From: an uncultured Verrucomicrobiae bacterium
GTDB lineage: Bacteria > Verrucomicrobiota > Verrucomicrobiia > Chthoniobacterales > JAFAMB01
Reading direction: 5' to 3'
Assembly: GCA_963837955.1 (NCBI GenBank)
Contig: CAWIPH010000002.1
Span: 4,064,001 to 4,128,000 of the forward strand
Length of the DNA: 64,000 nucleotides
Numbering within the stretch: position 1 is the first letter of the stretch; every line of letters begins with the position of its first letter. Positions 29,752-39,634 of this stretch are shown one piece after another. The translations under genes were made by a program, and so were the position numbers. The notes under the pieces are model-generated. The model did not search any database and had not been told where the DNA came from. It was given only the letters and a program-made list of their open reading frames with translations.

Positions 29752-30243
29752 ATGTGGCTGTCAATTTTAATTCCGATCCTACTAGTAATCCTAGTGGTCG
29801 TTTGCTTACTCCTTGTGCTCGTGGTGCTTATGCAGCGCCCGCGGAGCGAGGGTTTGGGAGCGGCGTTCGGGTCCGGAATGACCGAAAATTTATTCGGAGC
29901 TCAGACTTCCTCGGTTTTGACGAAAGCCACAGTCTATCTTGGAGGAATCTTTTTCGGGGTTACATTGCTGCTAACCTTCTTGACGGCGAAGCAGAGCATG
30001 GAACGTCGGGCCGGAGTTCTTGAAAGCGAAGCCAAGAATGCAAAGCCGGTGGCGAGTTCGACCCCATCGGCTATTCCTTCGTCCACCCCCGCGGCCTCCG
30101 CTGCGCCGAGTCCTCAAGCATCCGCTTCGACGAGCAGCCCGACCGCTACTCCGGAGGCCACTCCCAGCGCTACTCCAGAGAGTTCGATTGTACCTTCTCC
30201 TTCGCCTACCAATGCGGGCGGGTCGCCCTCTCCAACTCCCTGA
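29752..30243 (+). CDS. secG: Preprotein translocase subunit SecG with Ser/Pro/Thr-rich tail
   Basis: VLMQRPRSEGLGAAFGSG, LTKAT, two TM helices. Confidence 0.9.
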   Translation: MWLSILIPILLVILVVVCLLLVLVVLMQRPRSEGLGAAFGSGMTENLFGAQTSSVLTKATVYLGGIFFGVTLLLTFLTAKQSMERRAGVLESEAKNAKPVASSTPSAIPSSTPAASAAPSPQASASTSSPTATPEATPSATPESSIVPSPSPTNAGGSPSPTP

Positions 30244-30246
30244 CGT

Positions 30247-31866
30247 GTGAACATCCCGACGGGTAGGCTGACCGGATTTGCCATTGGCGTCCTTTTCGTC
30301 TGCTCTTCGCTTACCAGCTGCGATTCCTCCGGATCTCGCGCCGACCTCGTCATTTTAAATGGAGCAGAACCAACCTCGATCGACCCGGCAGTAATTACGG
30401 GCCAGTTGGACGGTCGCGTTGCCTACGCGCTGTTCGATGGTCTCGCGCACTTCGATCGCCATGGAACCCCGCAACCAGCCATCGCCCAGTCCTGGGATAT
30501 TTCACCCGATGCGAAGACCTATACTTTTCATCTTCGACCGGACGCCAGATGGAGCAATGGCGCACCGGTGACGGCAAACGATTTTGTGGACTCTTGGAAG
30601 CGCACGCTTCTGCCCGAAACAGCCGCTGAATACGCCTACGTGATGTATCACATCAAAAACGCCGAAGCGTTTAACGAAGGTAAGATCACGGACTTCTCTC
30701 TCGTCGGCGTCCACGCGATCGACGCGCAAACTCTCCGAGTCGAACTGCAGGATCCGACACCGTACTTCCTTGACCTTTGCTCGTATGTCCCCTACTTGCC
30801 GGTCTACATCTCATCTGTAAAAGCGTTTGGTGACGACTGGATAAAGCCGGCTCACCTGGTGAACAATGGACCATTCTTGATGGACGAATGGCGTCTCAAC
30901 TATCGCATTCGCCTTCGGAAGAATCCCAACTACTGGGACGCGCAAAACGTGCATTTGCAGACTGTCGATTTGCTGCCAATTGAGAACTCGATCGCCGCTT
31001 ACAATTTCTATGCATCAAAAGTCGCTGACTTGATATTGGACAAAGGACTCACTCCACCTTCTCTCATACCAGAGCTGAAGCGCCGACCAGACTTTCACGC
31101 GGCACCGTTTTTGGGCAGTTACTTCATTCGATTCAATGTCACGCGCAAAGCTTTCAGCGATCCGAGAGTGCGCCAAGCTTTCTCCTTAGCGATCGATCGA
31201 GAAAGGATTGTCAAGAAGATCACTCAAGCTGGTGAGCCACCGGCGTATTCTTTCACGCCACCTGGCACGGCTGGATATCGTCCTCCGGAAATATTCCATC
31301 GCGATGCCGAAAGGGCCCGCCAGCTTCTGGCCGATGCCGGCTACCCTCAGGGTCGCGGATTTCCTACAGTTACTTATCTGAATGACAATGCGAAATTGGA
31401 TGAGAACATCGCCGTGGAGATCCAGAGCATGCTGTCACAGGAATTGGGTGTGCACGTGGAACTTCAGAGACAGGAATGGAAGGTCTATCTGAACTCCATG
31501 AACCGTCTGGACTACGACTTTTGCCGGTCGAGCTGGGTCGGCGATTACAACGACCCAAACACGTTCCTGGATTGTTTCGTCACAGGAGGAGGAAACAACC
31601 GTACCGGCTGGGGCAACCATCAATATGACCAGCTGATTGAGGCGGCGGCCAAAGAGGCGGATCAGCAAAAGCGGTTCGACAGCTTTCGGCAGGCAGAAGA
31701 TATTCTGCTGAACCAAGGAACTCCAATCTGCCCTCTGTACTTTTATATGGGCATCCAGATCTACGACAATGCGAAGATTGGCGGAATCGAACCGAACCTG
31801 CTGGATGAACATCCCTTTCGAGAAATGTACAGGAAGGAAGGCGGGGTGTTAGCGGTTGGCCGCTAG
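30247..31866 (+). CDS. oppA: Peptide ABC transporter substrate-binding lipoprotein
   Basis: Lipobox LTSC; EPTSIDP, YTFHLRPDARWSNG.PVTA.DF, NGPF, WVGDYNDP. Confidence 0.88.
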   Translation: MNIPTGRLTGFAIGVLFVCSSLTSCDSSGSRADLVILNGAEPTSIDPAVITGQLDGRVAYALFDGLAHFDRHGTPQPAIAQSWDISPDAKTYTFHLRPDARWSNGAPVTANDFVDSWKRTLLPETAAEYAYVMYHIKNAEAFNEGKITDFSLVGVHAIDAQTLRVELQDPTPYFLDLCSYVPYLPVYISSVKAFGDDWIKPAHLVNNGPFLMDEWRLNYRIRLRKNPNYWDAQNVHLQTVDLLPIENSIAAYNFYASKVADLILDKGLTPPSLIPELKRRPDFHAAPFLGSYFIRFNVTRKAFSDPRVRQAFSLAIDRERIVKKITQAGEPPAYSFTPPGTAGYRPPEIFHRDAERARQLLADAGYPQGRGFPTVTYLNDNAKLDENIAVEIQSMLSQELGVHVELQRQEWKVYLNSMNRLDYDFCRSSWVGDYNDPNTFLDCFVTGGGNNRTGWGNHQYDQLIEAAAKEADQQKRFDSFRQAEDILLNQGTPICPLYFYMGIQIYDNAKIGGIEPNLLDEHPFREMYRKEGGVLAVGR

Positions 31867-31932
31867 GGGTTGGCTGATCAGTGAATTGCTATCTGCTCGC
31901 AACTCCTTATTCCCGTCTCCGGAATTCACAAG

Positions 31933-32345
31933 TTAGTTCATCATCTCTCTGTACGCCTTTTGATCGCCGTACATGCGATGGTACACCCGGTACTTTCGGT
32001 TGTGATAGCTAACCAGAGATCCCGTGGCCGGCTTGATTACTTGCCCGGAGCCGCTCATCGCAGCCATCGCTTCCAAAATTGTCGGGTACGCTTTCGCGGC
32101 GACGGCACCGAGAATTGCTGCCCCTAGAAGCACTGCCTCTGGCTCGCGCGGTAATATCAGCTCGCAACCAGTGATGTCGGCGTGCTCGCGGAGAAACACC
32201 TCGTTCTTCAAGCCGCCTCCACACGCAAAGATTTTCGAGATCCGGTACCCTTTAGCGTTTATCTCTTCGATGACGTGCCTCGCCTGGTAGGCAATCGCTC
32301 GAATAGCGACAAGATAGAGAAGAGCCAAATCATCGTCGGGAGGAT
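31933..32345 (-). pseudogene. C-terminal fragment of an FGGY-family pentulose/ribulokinase
   Basis: LALLYLVAIRAIAY, ACGGGLKN, HADITG, EAVLLGAAILGAVA; only about 135 C-terminal residues present. Confidence 0.8.
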
Positions 32346-32480
32346 TGTTCCTGATCGCGCGAGCAGCCGGGCTCGGATGACCCATCCTGTATGGTGCGCC
32401 TGAATTTCGCCCACCGGCGAGCCTCGGACCCGAGTCGACTTACGAGGGTCCGCCCGTGGACTTGATTGTCACTCTGAAGA

Positions 32481-33131
32481 TCACGCCGGTTTGACCCGGC
32501 GAGGTTTGGAACGTGTGGTAGCTTCGCCCGCTCTAGCTCGGGCGCCGCGGAACACCTGCCTGACTAACTTGTCGCTGAACTCTTCAGTCAGCGGTGAGGA
32601 CCGGAACAAAAGGCGATAAAAGATCGCACCGAACACTGCATCGATAATCAGCTCCGGATCCGCATCGCTTGCTAGTTCCCCACTTGTTTTGCCCCGCTCG
32701 ATATCGGCGGCGTTTGCCTCCTGGTGTCCCCGGATGTGTTTGTCAAACAGCTCCCGGAGGATCGCTGGCTCGCTTTGGCCTTCGGCAATCAGCTCGGACA
32801 GCACCTTACCCAACTGTCCGTTCAACGGCCCGATCAAGGCATGTGCCGCGTCACGGATCGCCTCTTCCGCCGTCCCAACTGACGGCGGCGGCAAGGCGAC
32901 AGCGATTCGTTCTCGGAACATGGCCAGCACAAGCGCGGCCTTGGTCGGCCACCACTTGTAGAGCGTGGGCTTGCCTACGCCAGCCCTGTTGGCGACGGCT
33001 TCCATCGTGAGATCACGGACCGAACGCTCCTGCAGTAGCTCATAAACGGCATCCAAAATTGCCGCATGCGACCCGGCTGCTTCAATGGGCGGGCGGCCAC
33101 GGCGGGGAGGAACAGAACCTTTAGCAGACAC
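32481..33131 (-). CDS. TetR/AcrR-family regulator
   Basis: RGRP, LTMEAVANRAGVGKPTLYKWWPTK. Confidence 0.92.
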   Translation of the reverse strand: MSAKGSVPPRRGRPPIEAAGSHAAILDAVYELLQERSVRDLTMEAVANRAGVGKPTLYKWWPTKAALVLAMFRERIAVALPPPSVGTAEEAIRDAAHALIGPLNGQLGKVLSELIAEGQSEPAILRELFDKHIRGHQEANAADIERGKTSGELASDADPELIIDAVFGAIFYRLLFRSSPLTEEFSDKLVRQVFRGARARAGEATTRSKPRRVKPA

Positions 33132-33193
33132 GTATTAAGTTTAACAGAACGGAAAGAAAAATCATTTGACGATCTCGATTCTATCTTTAACTA

Positions 33194-33209
33194 TACGAAA
33201 CGTTCAGTA
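33194..33209. promoter_or_regulatory. Putative TetR operator in the divergent intergenic region
   Basis: Near-palindrome TACGAAAC|GTTCAGTA downstream of a TTGACG hexamer (33166-33171). Confidence 0.5.
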
Positions 33210-33264
33210 AAGATTATTAACGTGCCTGGACCCGGCTGTGGGTTCCGTAATCAATGGAGACTTT

Positions 33265-34122
33265 ATGAAAATCTTAGTGACTGGTGGTACGGGCAAAGTG
33301 GGCACAGAAGTAGTCCAAGCGCTGCTTCGCCGTGGAGAGTCTGTCCGCGTCCTGACTCGGAACAAGGAAGCAAAGCTGCCCGACGGGGCAGAGGTGGCTA
33401 TCGGCGACCTGCTGGACCCAGACTCGGTCCGCTCGGCACTGAACGGCGTCGACAAGCTGTTCCTGCTGGTCGGCAATGTGGCCGACGAGCTGACACAAGC
33501 CTTGCTTACAGTGGCCGTAGCTCGGCAAGCAAAGGTTAAGCACATCACTTACCTCTCTGTTTACCAAGCCGAGCGGTTCCCGGACGTTCCGCATTTTATT
33601 GGCAAGTATGCTGTTGAGACATCTCTTAAGGCGTTCGATACCCCATTCACTGTCTTGCGGCCCGGTTATTTCTTCCAGAATGATGCCCAGCTCAAACCTG
33701 TGCTGACTGGGGCCGGTCTGTATCCAAATCCGATTGGCAAAGCTGGAATCGCTGCAGTTGATGTTCGAGATATCGCCGATGCCGCTATCGTTTCGTTAAC
33801 CACCGACGGGCACACTGGGAAGACTTATAACCTCGTTGGACCGGATCCACTAAGCGGACCCAGTGCCGCGGCCATTTGGAGTGAGGTTTTGAACAGGCAG
33901 GTTCGTTACGCCGACCTTCCGGTGGAAGCGTTCGAGGAGCAACTCCGTCAAATCTTCCCCGCTTGGCTCGCTAAGGACCTCCGGCTTATGTTCCAGGGAT
34001 ACGAGGACCGTGGCTTCGCTCCGAGCAACGCCGATGTCGCTACGCTGACCTCGCTGATCGGCCATGCCCCTAGGCGGTACGAGGATTTTGTGCGTGAGAC
34101 GGCTGCAGAGTGGAGCAAATGA
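33265..34122 (+). CDS. NmrA-like / atypical SDR NAD(P)-binding protein
   Basis: MKILVTGGTGKVG, LRPGYFFQN, VDVRDIA; GGAGA RBS. Confidence 0.9.
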   Translation: MKILVTGGTGKVGTEVVQALLRRGESVRVLTRNKEAKLPDGAEVAIGDLLDPDSVRSALNGVDKLFLLVGNVADELTQALLTVAVARQAKVKHITYLSVYQAERFPDVPHFIGKYAVETSLKAFDTPFTVLRPGYFFQNDAQLKPVLTGAGLYPNPIGKAGIAAVDVRDIADAAIVSLTTDGHTGKTYNLVGPDPLSGPSAAAIWSEVLNRQVRYADLPVEAFEEQLRQIFPAWLAKDLRLMFQGYEDRGFAPSNADVATLTSLIGHAPRRYEDFVRETAAEWSK

Positions 34123-34152
34123 TCAGCGGCGGCTGGCAGCATCTTCTTAACC

Positions 34153-34734
34153 ATGAGATCCAAAGCCGTCATAGTTGCGCGCGTCCTTCTCGGCCTCGTC
34201 TTCTTCGTCTTCGGCCTGAACGGGTTTTTGCACTGGTTCCCGCTGCCGACGATGAAGGGCGCCGCCGCGGAGTTCATGGGTGGGCTCGTCGCCAGCGGGT
34301 ACTTCTTCCCGCTGCTTTTTGGGACGTATACGATCACGGGGGCCGCGCTCCTGACCGGCCGCTTCGTGCCGCTCGCGTTGACTGTGCTCGCGCCGGTCAT
34401 CGTGAACATCGTCGCCGTCCACCTCTTCCTCGCTCCATCCGGATTCCCACTTACAATCCTCGTCGTCGCGCTTGAGCTCTTCCTCGCCTGGTCGTACCGC
34501 GCGGCGTTCCGCTCGTTGCTGCGCGCGCGTAATGACGCGCGCCCGCCCGTTGAGGAGAACGCAATGATCGGCACCAAACCTTACGCGAAGCTCAAGTACC
34601 GCGAAGTCAAAGGTAGGCAAATGGCCTACATCGACGAGGGCGAGGGCGACGCGATCGTGTTTCAGCACGGTCAACCGGCGTCGTCGTGCGTCTGGCGCAC
34701 GTCATGCCTCACCTGGACGGAAGGTGCCGGCTGA
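34153..34734 (+). CDS. DoxX-family membrane protein whose frame reads through into the dehalogenase remnant
   Basis: [33 protein letters not shown]; DoxX part ends near 34540. Confidence 0.75.
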   Translation: MRSKAVIVARVLLGLVFFVFGLNGFLHWFPLPTMKGAAAEFMGGLVASGYFFPLLFGTYTITGAALLTGRFVPLALTVLAPVIVNIVAVHLFLAPSGFPLTILVVALELFLAWSYRAAFRSLLRARNDARPPVEENAMIGTKPYAKLKYREVKGRQMAYIDEGEGDAIVFQHGQPASSCVWRTSCLTWTEGAG

Positions 34735-34800
34735 TCGCCTGCGACCTCATCGGGAAGGGCAGGTCAGAGAAGCTCAGCCCCTCGGGACCGGATCGCTATC
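34564..34800 (+). pseudogene. Haloalkane dehalogenase (LinB/DhaA-like), frameshifted and truncated
   Basis: GAGGAG RBS; MIGTKPY...[26 protein letters not shown], 1-nt loss near 34699, then VMPHL...[23 protein letters not shown]; similarity stops near 34800. Confidence 0.85.
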
Positions 34801-35019
34801 GATGGTTGTTCGTCTGGAATACTTTGAGTGACGCAGTCGTGGCGACCCAGCGTGGGCAGTTTTTGACTGTTGAGTTAGAAGTTGCAAGTCGTCCGTCGCT
34901 TAGCGAGCTATTATCAAGGCCGGAGTCGTTTTCGGATTACTCCAGGGTTAAACGATTTTTTGATTTCGCCTGGATTTCGCAGCCAATTGCGTAGCCTTGG
35001 CACCTAAAGCTACAGGATA

Positions 35020-36630
35020 ATGACATTCGATAGATTTCTTGGTGAGTTTAAGGGAAAATTGGAACTCCAAACTTTCTTAGATCGCTACGGTAGATGGTGC
35101 CCGTGTGTGAACTTGCTGGGATTGATAATGTTGTTCATCGCCTTACCAGCGCAGGGGCAAGGCGGCGGAACGCATACAACACTTGAGCAGGTAAATCAGG
35201 CGGTGCGGGAGACCCAAAGACTCTGTGAAGATCAAATTGAAAAAGGTGCGGTTCCAGGTCTCGCGATTGCCGTCGTATTTCAGGATCACGTCGTTTATAC
35301 AGCGGGCTTTGGTGTGCGAGATGTCAATACCCGGGAACCGGTGAATGCAGACACTGTGTTCCAGTTGGCATCGTTATCCAAAGCTGTTGGCTCAACCGTC
35401 GTAGCGGAACTTGTCGGCGAAGGCAAAATCTCCTGGGACTCCAGAATCAGCGATCTCGATCCCGAGTTTGCGATGTACGATCCCTGGGTGACACGCGAAA
35501 TCACGATTCGTGATTTCTACGCGCATCGCAGTGGCCTACCTGCATCCGCGGGCGATTCGCTCGAAGTTCTGCGATTCAACCGAGAGCAAATTTTGCATCG
35601 CTTGCGCTACCAAAAGCCTAATAGCAGTTTCCGTTCCCATTTCGCCTATACCAATTTTGGCGTTACGGAGGCCGCCGTTGCCGCCGGCAAGGCGTATAAT
35701 ATGACCTGGGAAGACGCCTCAGAGCAAAAGCTCTACAGACCACTCGGCATGAATTCTACCAGCTCGCGCTATGCCGATTTTTCTGCTCGGACGAACAAAG
35801 CACTTGGCCATGTACAGGTCGATGGCAAGTGGGTCCAAAAATACAAGCGCGATCCGGATCCGCAATCCCCGGCTGGCGGAGTCAGCTCATCGGTCAACGA
35901 CCTCGCCAAGTGGATGCGTTTACAGCTCGCGAATGGGCAATTTGAGGGCAGACGGATCGTCGATGAAAAAGCGTTGGCGGTAACCCATTCACCGCAAATT
36001 TTGATGTGGTTCGATCCACTGAACGGGTTGCCTATGTTTTATGGACTTGGTTGGATCGTCAGTTACGATAAAGAAGGGCGGTTGCACCTTTGGCATACGG
36101 GAATATTCACGACGGGGGCGGCTACAATCATACAGCTAGTCCCGTCGGAACATTTGGGCATTGTCGTCCTCACCAACGCTTTCCCGCCTGGAGTTGGGGA
36201 AGGGCTCGCTCTTACGTTTACCGATGTTGCGTTGTACGGGAAGGCCACGCAGGATTGGCTCGCATATTTCAAAAAGGTGTATTCAAACCCGGCCGCGCTA
36301 GGTGTGGGAACCGACTACTCCAAACCGCCCGCGGCACCCGGACCTGCGCTGGCGACCAGTGCGTACGTCGGGACCTACACCAACAACTTCTATGGAGAGA
36401 TTCAGGTCATCGAACAGGGCGACGGAATCGCAATTGTTGAGGGCCCCCTCAAGTTGACTTTCCCATTAAAGCATTATGACCGCGACCTATTCACCTGTGA
36501 CACGGAAGGCGAAACGACCGGAGTTACCTTTACCATTGGTGCGGACGGGAAGGCGACGACAGTGGTTGTTGAGGACCTCAACTTACAAGGCGACGGGACG
36601 TTTAAACGCCGGTCCGCTGAGGACAAATGA
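35020..36630 (+). CDS. Serine hydrolase, beta-lactamase/AmpC-like, with DUF3471-like C-terminal domain
   Basis: FQLASLSK (SxxK), YTN, HTG; C-terminal YVGTYTNNFYG; true start may be downstream. Confidence 0.88.
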   Translation: MTFDRFLGEFKGKLELQTFLDRYGRWCPCVNLLGLIMLFIALPAQGQGGGTHTTLEQVNQAVRETQRLCEDQIEKGAVPGLAIAVVFQDHVVYTAGFGVRDVNTREPVNADTVFQLASLSKAVGSTVVAELVGEGKISWDSRISDLDPEFAMYDPWVTREITIRDFYAHRSGLPASAGDSLEVLRFNREQILHRLRYQKPNSSFRSHFAYTNFGVTEAAVAAGKAYNMTWEDASEQKLYRPLGMNSTSSRYADFSARTNKALGHVQVDGKWVQKYKRDPDPQSPAGGVSSSVNDLAKWMRLQLANGQFEGRRIVDEKALAVTHSPQILMWFDPLNGLPMFYGLGWIVSYDKEGRLHLWHTGIFTTGAATIIQLVPSEHLGIVVLTNAFPPGVGEGLALTFTDVALYGKATQDWLAYFKKVYSNPAALGVGTDYSKPPAAPGPALATSAYVGTYTNNFYGEIQVIEQGDGIAIVEGPLKLTFPLKHYDRDLFTCDTEGETTGVTFTIGADGKATTVVVEDLNLQGDGTFKRRSAEDK

Positions 36631-36837
36631 AGACAACGATCATGAATAATCTAATCTGTGCACAAAGACGGTTATTACTCTCGACCTTATACGGCTCACA
36701 CCGTAGATCCAGCCAAGCTATCTCGTATCAGAAAAGTCGCATTTACAGATGAAATGCTTCTGGCTGAGCGGCGAACGGCTGTCGACTTCCGGCGGAACAT
36801 TCTAGATTCTAGCTCTTAAATTCCAGATTTTCGTACT

Positions 36838-38280
36838 ATGCACGACCATTTTGTTGGGGGCGAATGGATCCGCGGCCGAGGCGAGCTGTTTCATTCCAGA
36901 AACCCTTCAACCGGAGAAGAGGTTTTCCGCACCAAACACGCCACAGCTGCCGAGGTCGCCGCCGGGTTTTTGGCCGCGTCGGACGCCTTTCCAGAATGGG
37001 CCAATACATCTATTGATGAGCGGATCCAAATCGCACGGCGATTTGGCGAGGCCGTGCAATCTCGGCGTAAGGAATTCGGACACGCCATTTCACAGGAAAC
37101 CGGCAAGCCGCTCTGGGAAGCGAATCAGGAAGTCGATACGGTGATCCGAAAAATTGACCTGAGCATCGAAGCCTATCAACAGCGGACCGGCACAAAGTCC
37201 GAGGATTCCGGAAACAGTCGTTCCGTGCTTTCTCATGCGCCACATGGCGTTGTCGCCGTCCTTGGGCCGTTCAATTTTCCGGCGCACCTTCCGAACGGTC
37301 ACATCGTCCCCGCGTTGCTCGCAGGCAATTGCGTAGTTTTTAAGCCGAGCGAAGTCACCCCTACCGTAGGGGCTATGCTGGCGGACTTCTGGCGCGAAGC
37401 TGGATTGCCAGCGGGCTGTCTGAACCTCCTCCAGGGTGATCGAAGTACCGCTGAGCTGATCCTCGATCGGTCCGAACTCGCTGGCGTTTTCTTTACTGGG
37501 AGTGCTGGAACGGGTCTCTCCATACACCAACGTTTCGCCGGCCGACCAAACGTGATCCTGGCACTGGAGATGGGTGGAAATAATCCAATGGTTGTGATGA
37601 AAGGGCACGACCTAAGAGCGGCCGCCCGAATCATCGCCATTTCGGCTTTCATCAGTGCTGGGCAGCGTTGCACCTGTACTCGTCGACTGATCTTGGCAGA
37701 TTCTGCGGTCTTGCCAGAGTTGGTTCGAATCACCGAACAAATTTTGGTGGGTGGTCCGGATGAAACACCGGAGCCGTTTATCGGTCCGGTAATCAGTGTG
37801 CCGGCCTCGCAAAAGATCCTGCAAACTCAGCAAGAACTCGCCAGGCGTGGAGCGAAGGTCCTCGTCGAATGCCAAGCCACTAAGAAAGGGCTTCCTTTTC
37901 TTCGTCCGGGTATTCTTGATGTCACCGCCGTTTCGGATGTCGCAGACGAAGAAGTGTTCGGACCACTTCTGACGGTGACCCGGGTGCATGATTTCGAAGA
38001 AGCAATCGAAGTGGCGAACCGAACCCGGTTCGGACTTGCCGCGGGCTTGATCGGCGGTCACGAACAAGATTTCGAGTTGTTCCGGCGCAGGATTCGGGCC
38101 GGAATTATTAACTGGAATCGACCAACAACCGGAGCGAGCAGCGCCGCCCCTTTCGGCGGCGTTGGTCTTTCCGGCAATCATCGCCCGAGCGCCTTCTACG
38201 CGGCCGATTACTGCGCGTATCCGGTAGCAACGCTGCAAAGTACTGAGTTGGTCGCACCTGACTATCCAGGGTTACCCTAG
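36838..38280 (+). CDS. astD: Succinylglutamate-semialdehyde dehydrogenase
   Basis: ETGKPLWEA, GPFNFPAHLPNGHIVPALLAGN, LALEMGGNNP, SAGQRCTC, SGNHRPSAFYAADYCAYP. Confidence 0.9.
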   Translation: MHDHFVGGEWIRGRGELFHSRNPSTGEEVFRTKHATAAEVAAGFLAASDAFPEWANTSIDERIQIARRFGEAVQSRRKEFGHAISQETGKPLWEANQEVDTVIRKIDLSIEAYQQRTGTKSEDSGNSRSVLSHAPHGVVAVLGPFNFPAHLPNGHIVPALLAGNCVVFKPSEVTPTVGAMLADFWREAGLPAGCLNLLQGDRSTAELILDRSELAGVFFTGSAGTGLSIHQRFAGRPNVILALEMGGNNPMVVMKGHDLRAAARIIAISAFISAGQRCTCTRRLILADSAVLPELVRITEQILVGGPDETPEPFIGPVISVPASQKILQTQQELARRGAKVLVECQATKKGLPFLRPGILDVTAVSDVADEEVFGPLLTVTRVHDFEEAIEVANRTRFGLAAGLIGGHEQDFELFRRRIRAGIINWNRPTTGASSAAPFGGVGLSGNHRPSAFYAADYCAYPVATLQSTELVAPDYPGLP

Positions 38281-38524
38281 CGACGAAATCCCTTGAGAGA
38301 TGAGGACCGAGAGGAAGCAGGCTGCTCAGGAGAACGCCATCTAAAGCTTTGGCGCGCGCTCCGAGCTTTGAATTTGTGGCGATTGAGGCCACTTTTCCTG
38401 CCTTGCTATTACGATGCGTCGAGGCGCGAGGCTCTTTCTCTGTGAGTGACTTCGTCCGTGCTTTCTGTATATAAGAGAACTGGATTTTTATTGAATCCAA
38501 AAAAAATAATCCCCATGAACGTCT

Positions 38525-39619
38525 ATGAAAAGAATCAACCTCCCCCCAGGCGTCAGCGATTCCAATCGCGGAGTCTCGCGACGCGAAGCACTTCGCCGCG
38601 CCGCTAGCGCCGGCGCCCTGATCTCGCTCTCCCCTTTAGCCGGTTTCGGCGTCTCCAGCGCAGAGGCCGCCGAGGAAGCTCTCGGCAAGTTTCCGAAGCA
38701 TCCGCAGTGGAAATTCACGTTCGTCAATCACGTAACGACCAACCCCTTCTTCGTCCCGACCAGGTACGGCGCCGAAGATGCCTGCGCACTGCTTGGCTGC
38801 AGTTACCAGTGGACAGGCTCCGAGAAATCGATTGCTACCGACATGGTCAACGCTCTGAATACGGCAGTCTCAGCGGGCGTCGACGGCATCGCCGTCTGCC
38901 TGGTTGATCTGGCGGCATTTAACGATCCAGTCGAAAAGGCTCTTAAGGCGGGTATCCCCGTGGTGTCGTACAATGCCGACGCCAAGGGTAACAAAAGATT
39001 ATGCTACATCGGCCAGGATCTGTTTCAGTCGGGCAAAGGGTTGGGCGAGCGCATCATTGAGCTGGTACCGGAGGGCGAAGTGGTCGGTTTCATTGCCACC
39101 CCCGGGCAACTGAATATCCAGCCGCGCTTGGACGGTGCTAAGGCAGCGATCAAGGAGTCTGGCAAGAACATTACTTTGAACGAGATAGCCAGCGGTGCCG
39201 CTTTGAACGATGAGGTCTCCGCGGTCGAAGCGTATTACGCGGGCCATCCCAACATCAAAGGCATGTTTGCAGTGGACGCGGGCAGCACCGCAGCGGTAGC
39301 TAAGGCGATGGCTGGCCACGAACTGCAAAAGAAGGGTGTTCACGCAGGCGGCTTTGATCTTCTGCCGACTACGCTCGAAGCCATCTCGAAGGGCGACCTG
39401 GACTTTACGATCGATCAACAGCCTTATCTCCAGGGATTCTATACTGTCATGGTGCTCTTCCTTTATAAAATCTCCGGCGGGTTGACCGGCCCCTCCGACA
39501 TCGATACGGGTCTGAGTTTCCTGACAAAGTCCAACGTCGAGCCGTTCCTCAAAACCCAGAGCCGCTACGAGGGTAACTCCAGCGAAGAGAAGGTGTTAAA
39601 GCGATCTGGCGCGATTTAA
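38525..39619 (+). CDS. Sugar ABC transporter substrate-binding protein, Tat-exported
   Basis: SRREAL twin-arginine-like signal; NPFF, GIPVVSYNAD, TIDQQPYLQG. Confidence 0.88.
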   Translation: MKRINLPPGVSDSNRGVSRREALRRAASAGALISLSPLAGFGVSSAEAAEEALGKFPKHPQWKFTFVNHVTTNPFFVPTRYGAEDACALLGCSYQWTGSEKSIATDMVNALNTAVSAGVDGIAVCLVDLAAFNDPVEKALKAGIPVVSYNADAKGNKRLCYIGQDLFQSGKGLGERIIELVPEGEVVGFIATPGQLNIQPRLDGAKAAIKESGKNITLNEIASGAALNDEVSAVEAYYAGHPNIKGMFAVDAGSTAAVAKAMAGHELQKKGVHAGGFDLLPTTLEAISKGDLDFTIDQQPYLQGFYTVMVLFLYKISGGLTGPSDIDTGLSFLTKSNVEPFLKTQSRYEGNSSEEKVLKRSGAI

Positions 39620-39634
39620 TATTCGACGAATCCC

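Noticed and set aside
34153..34734. Functional novel DoxX-dehalogenase fusion enzyme
   Set aside because: The dehalogenase part is frameshifted and ends before its catalytic residues, so it is best read as decay
35020..36630. Antibiotic-resistance beta-lactamase
   Set aside because: Length, HTG motif and extra C-terminal domain point to the broad serine hydrolase family; resistance cannot be inferred from sequence
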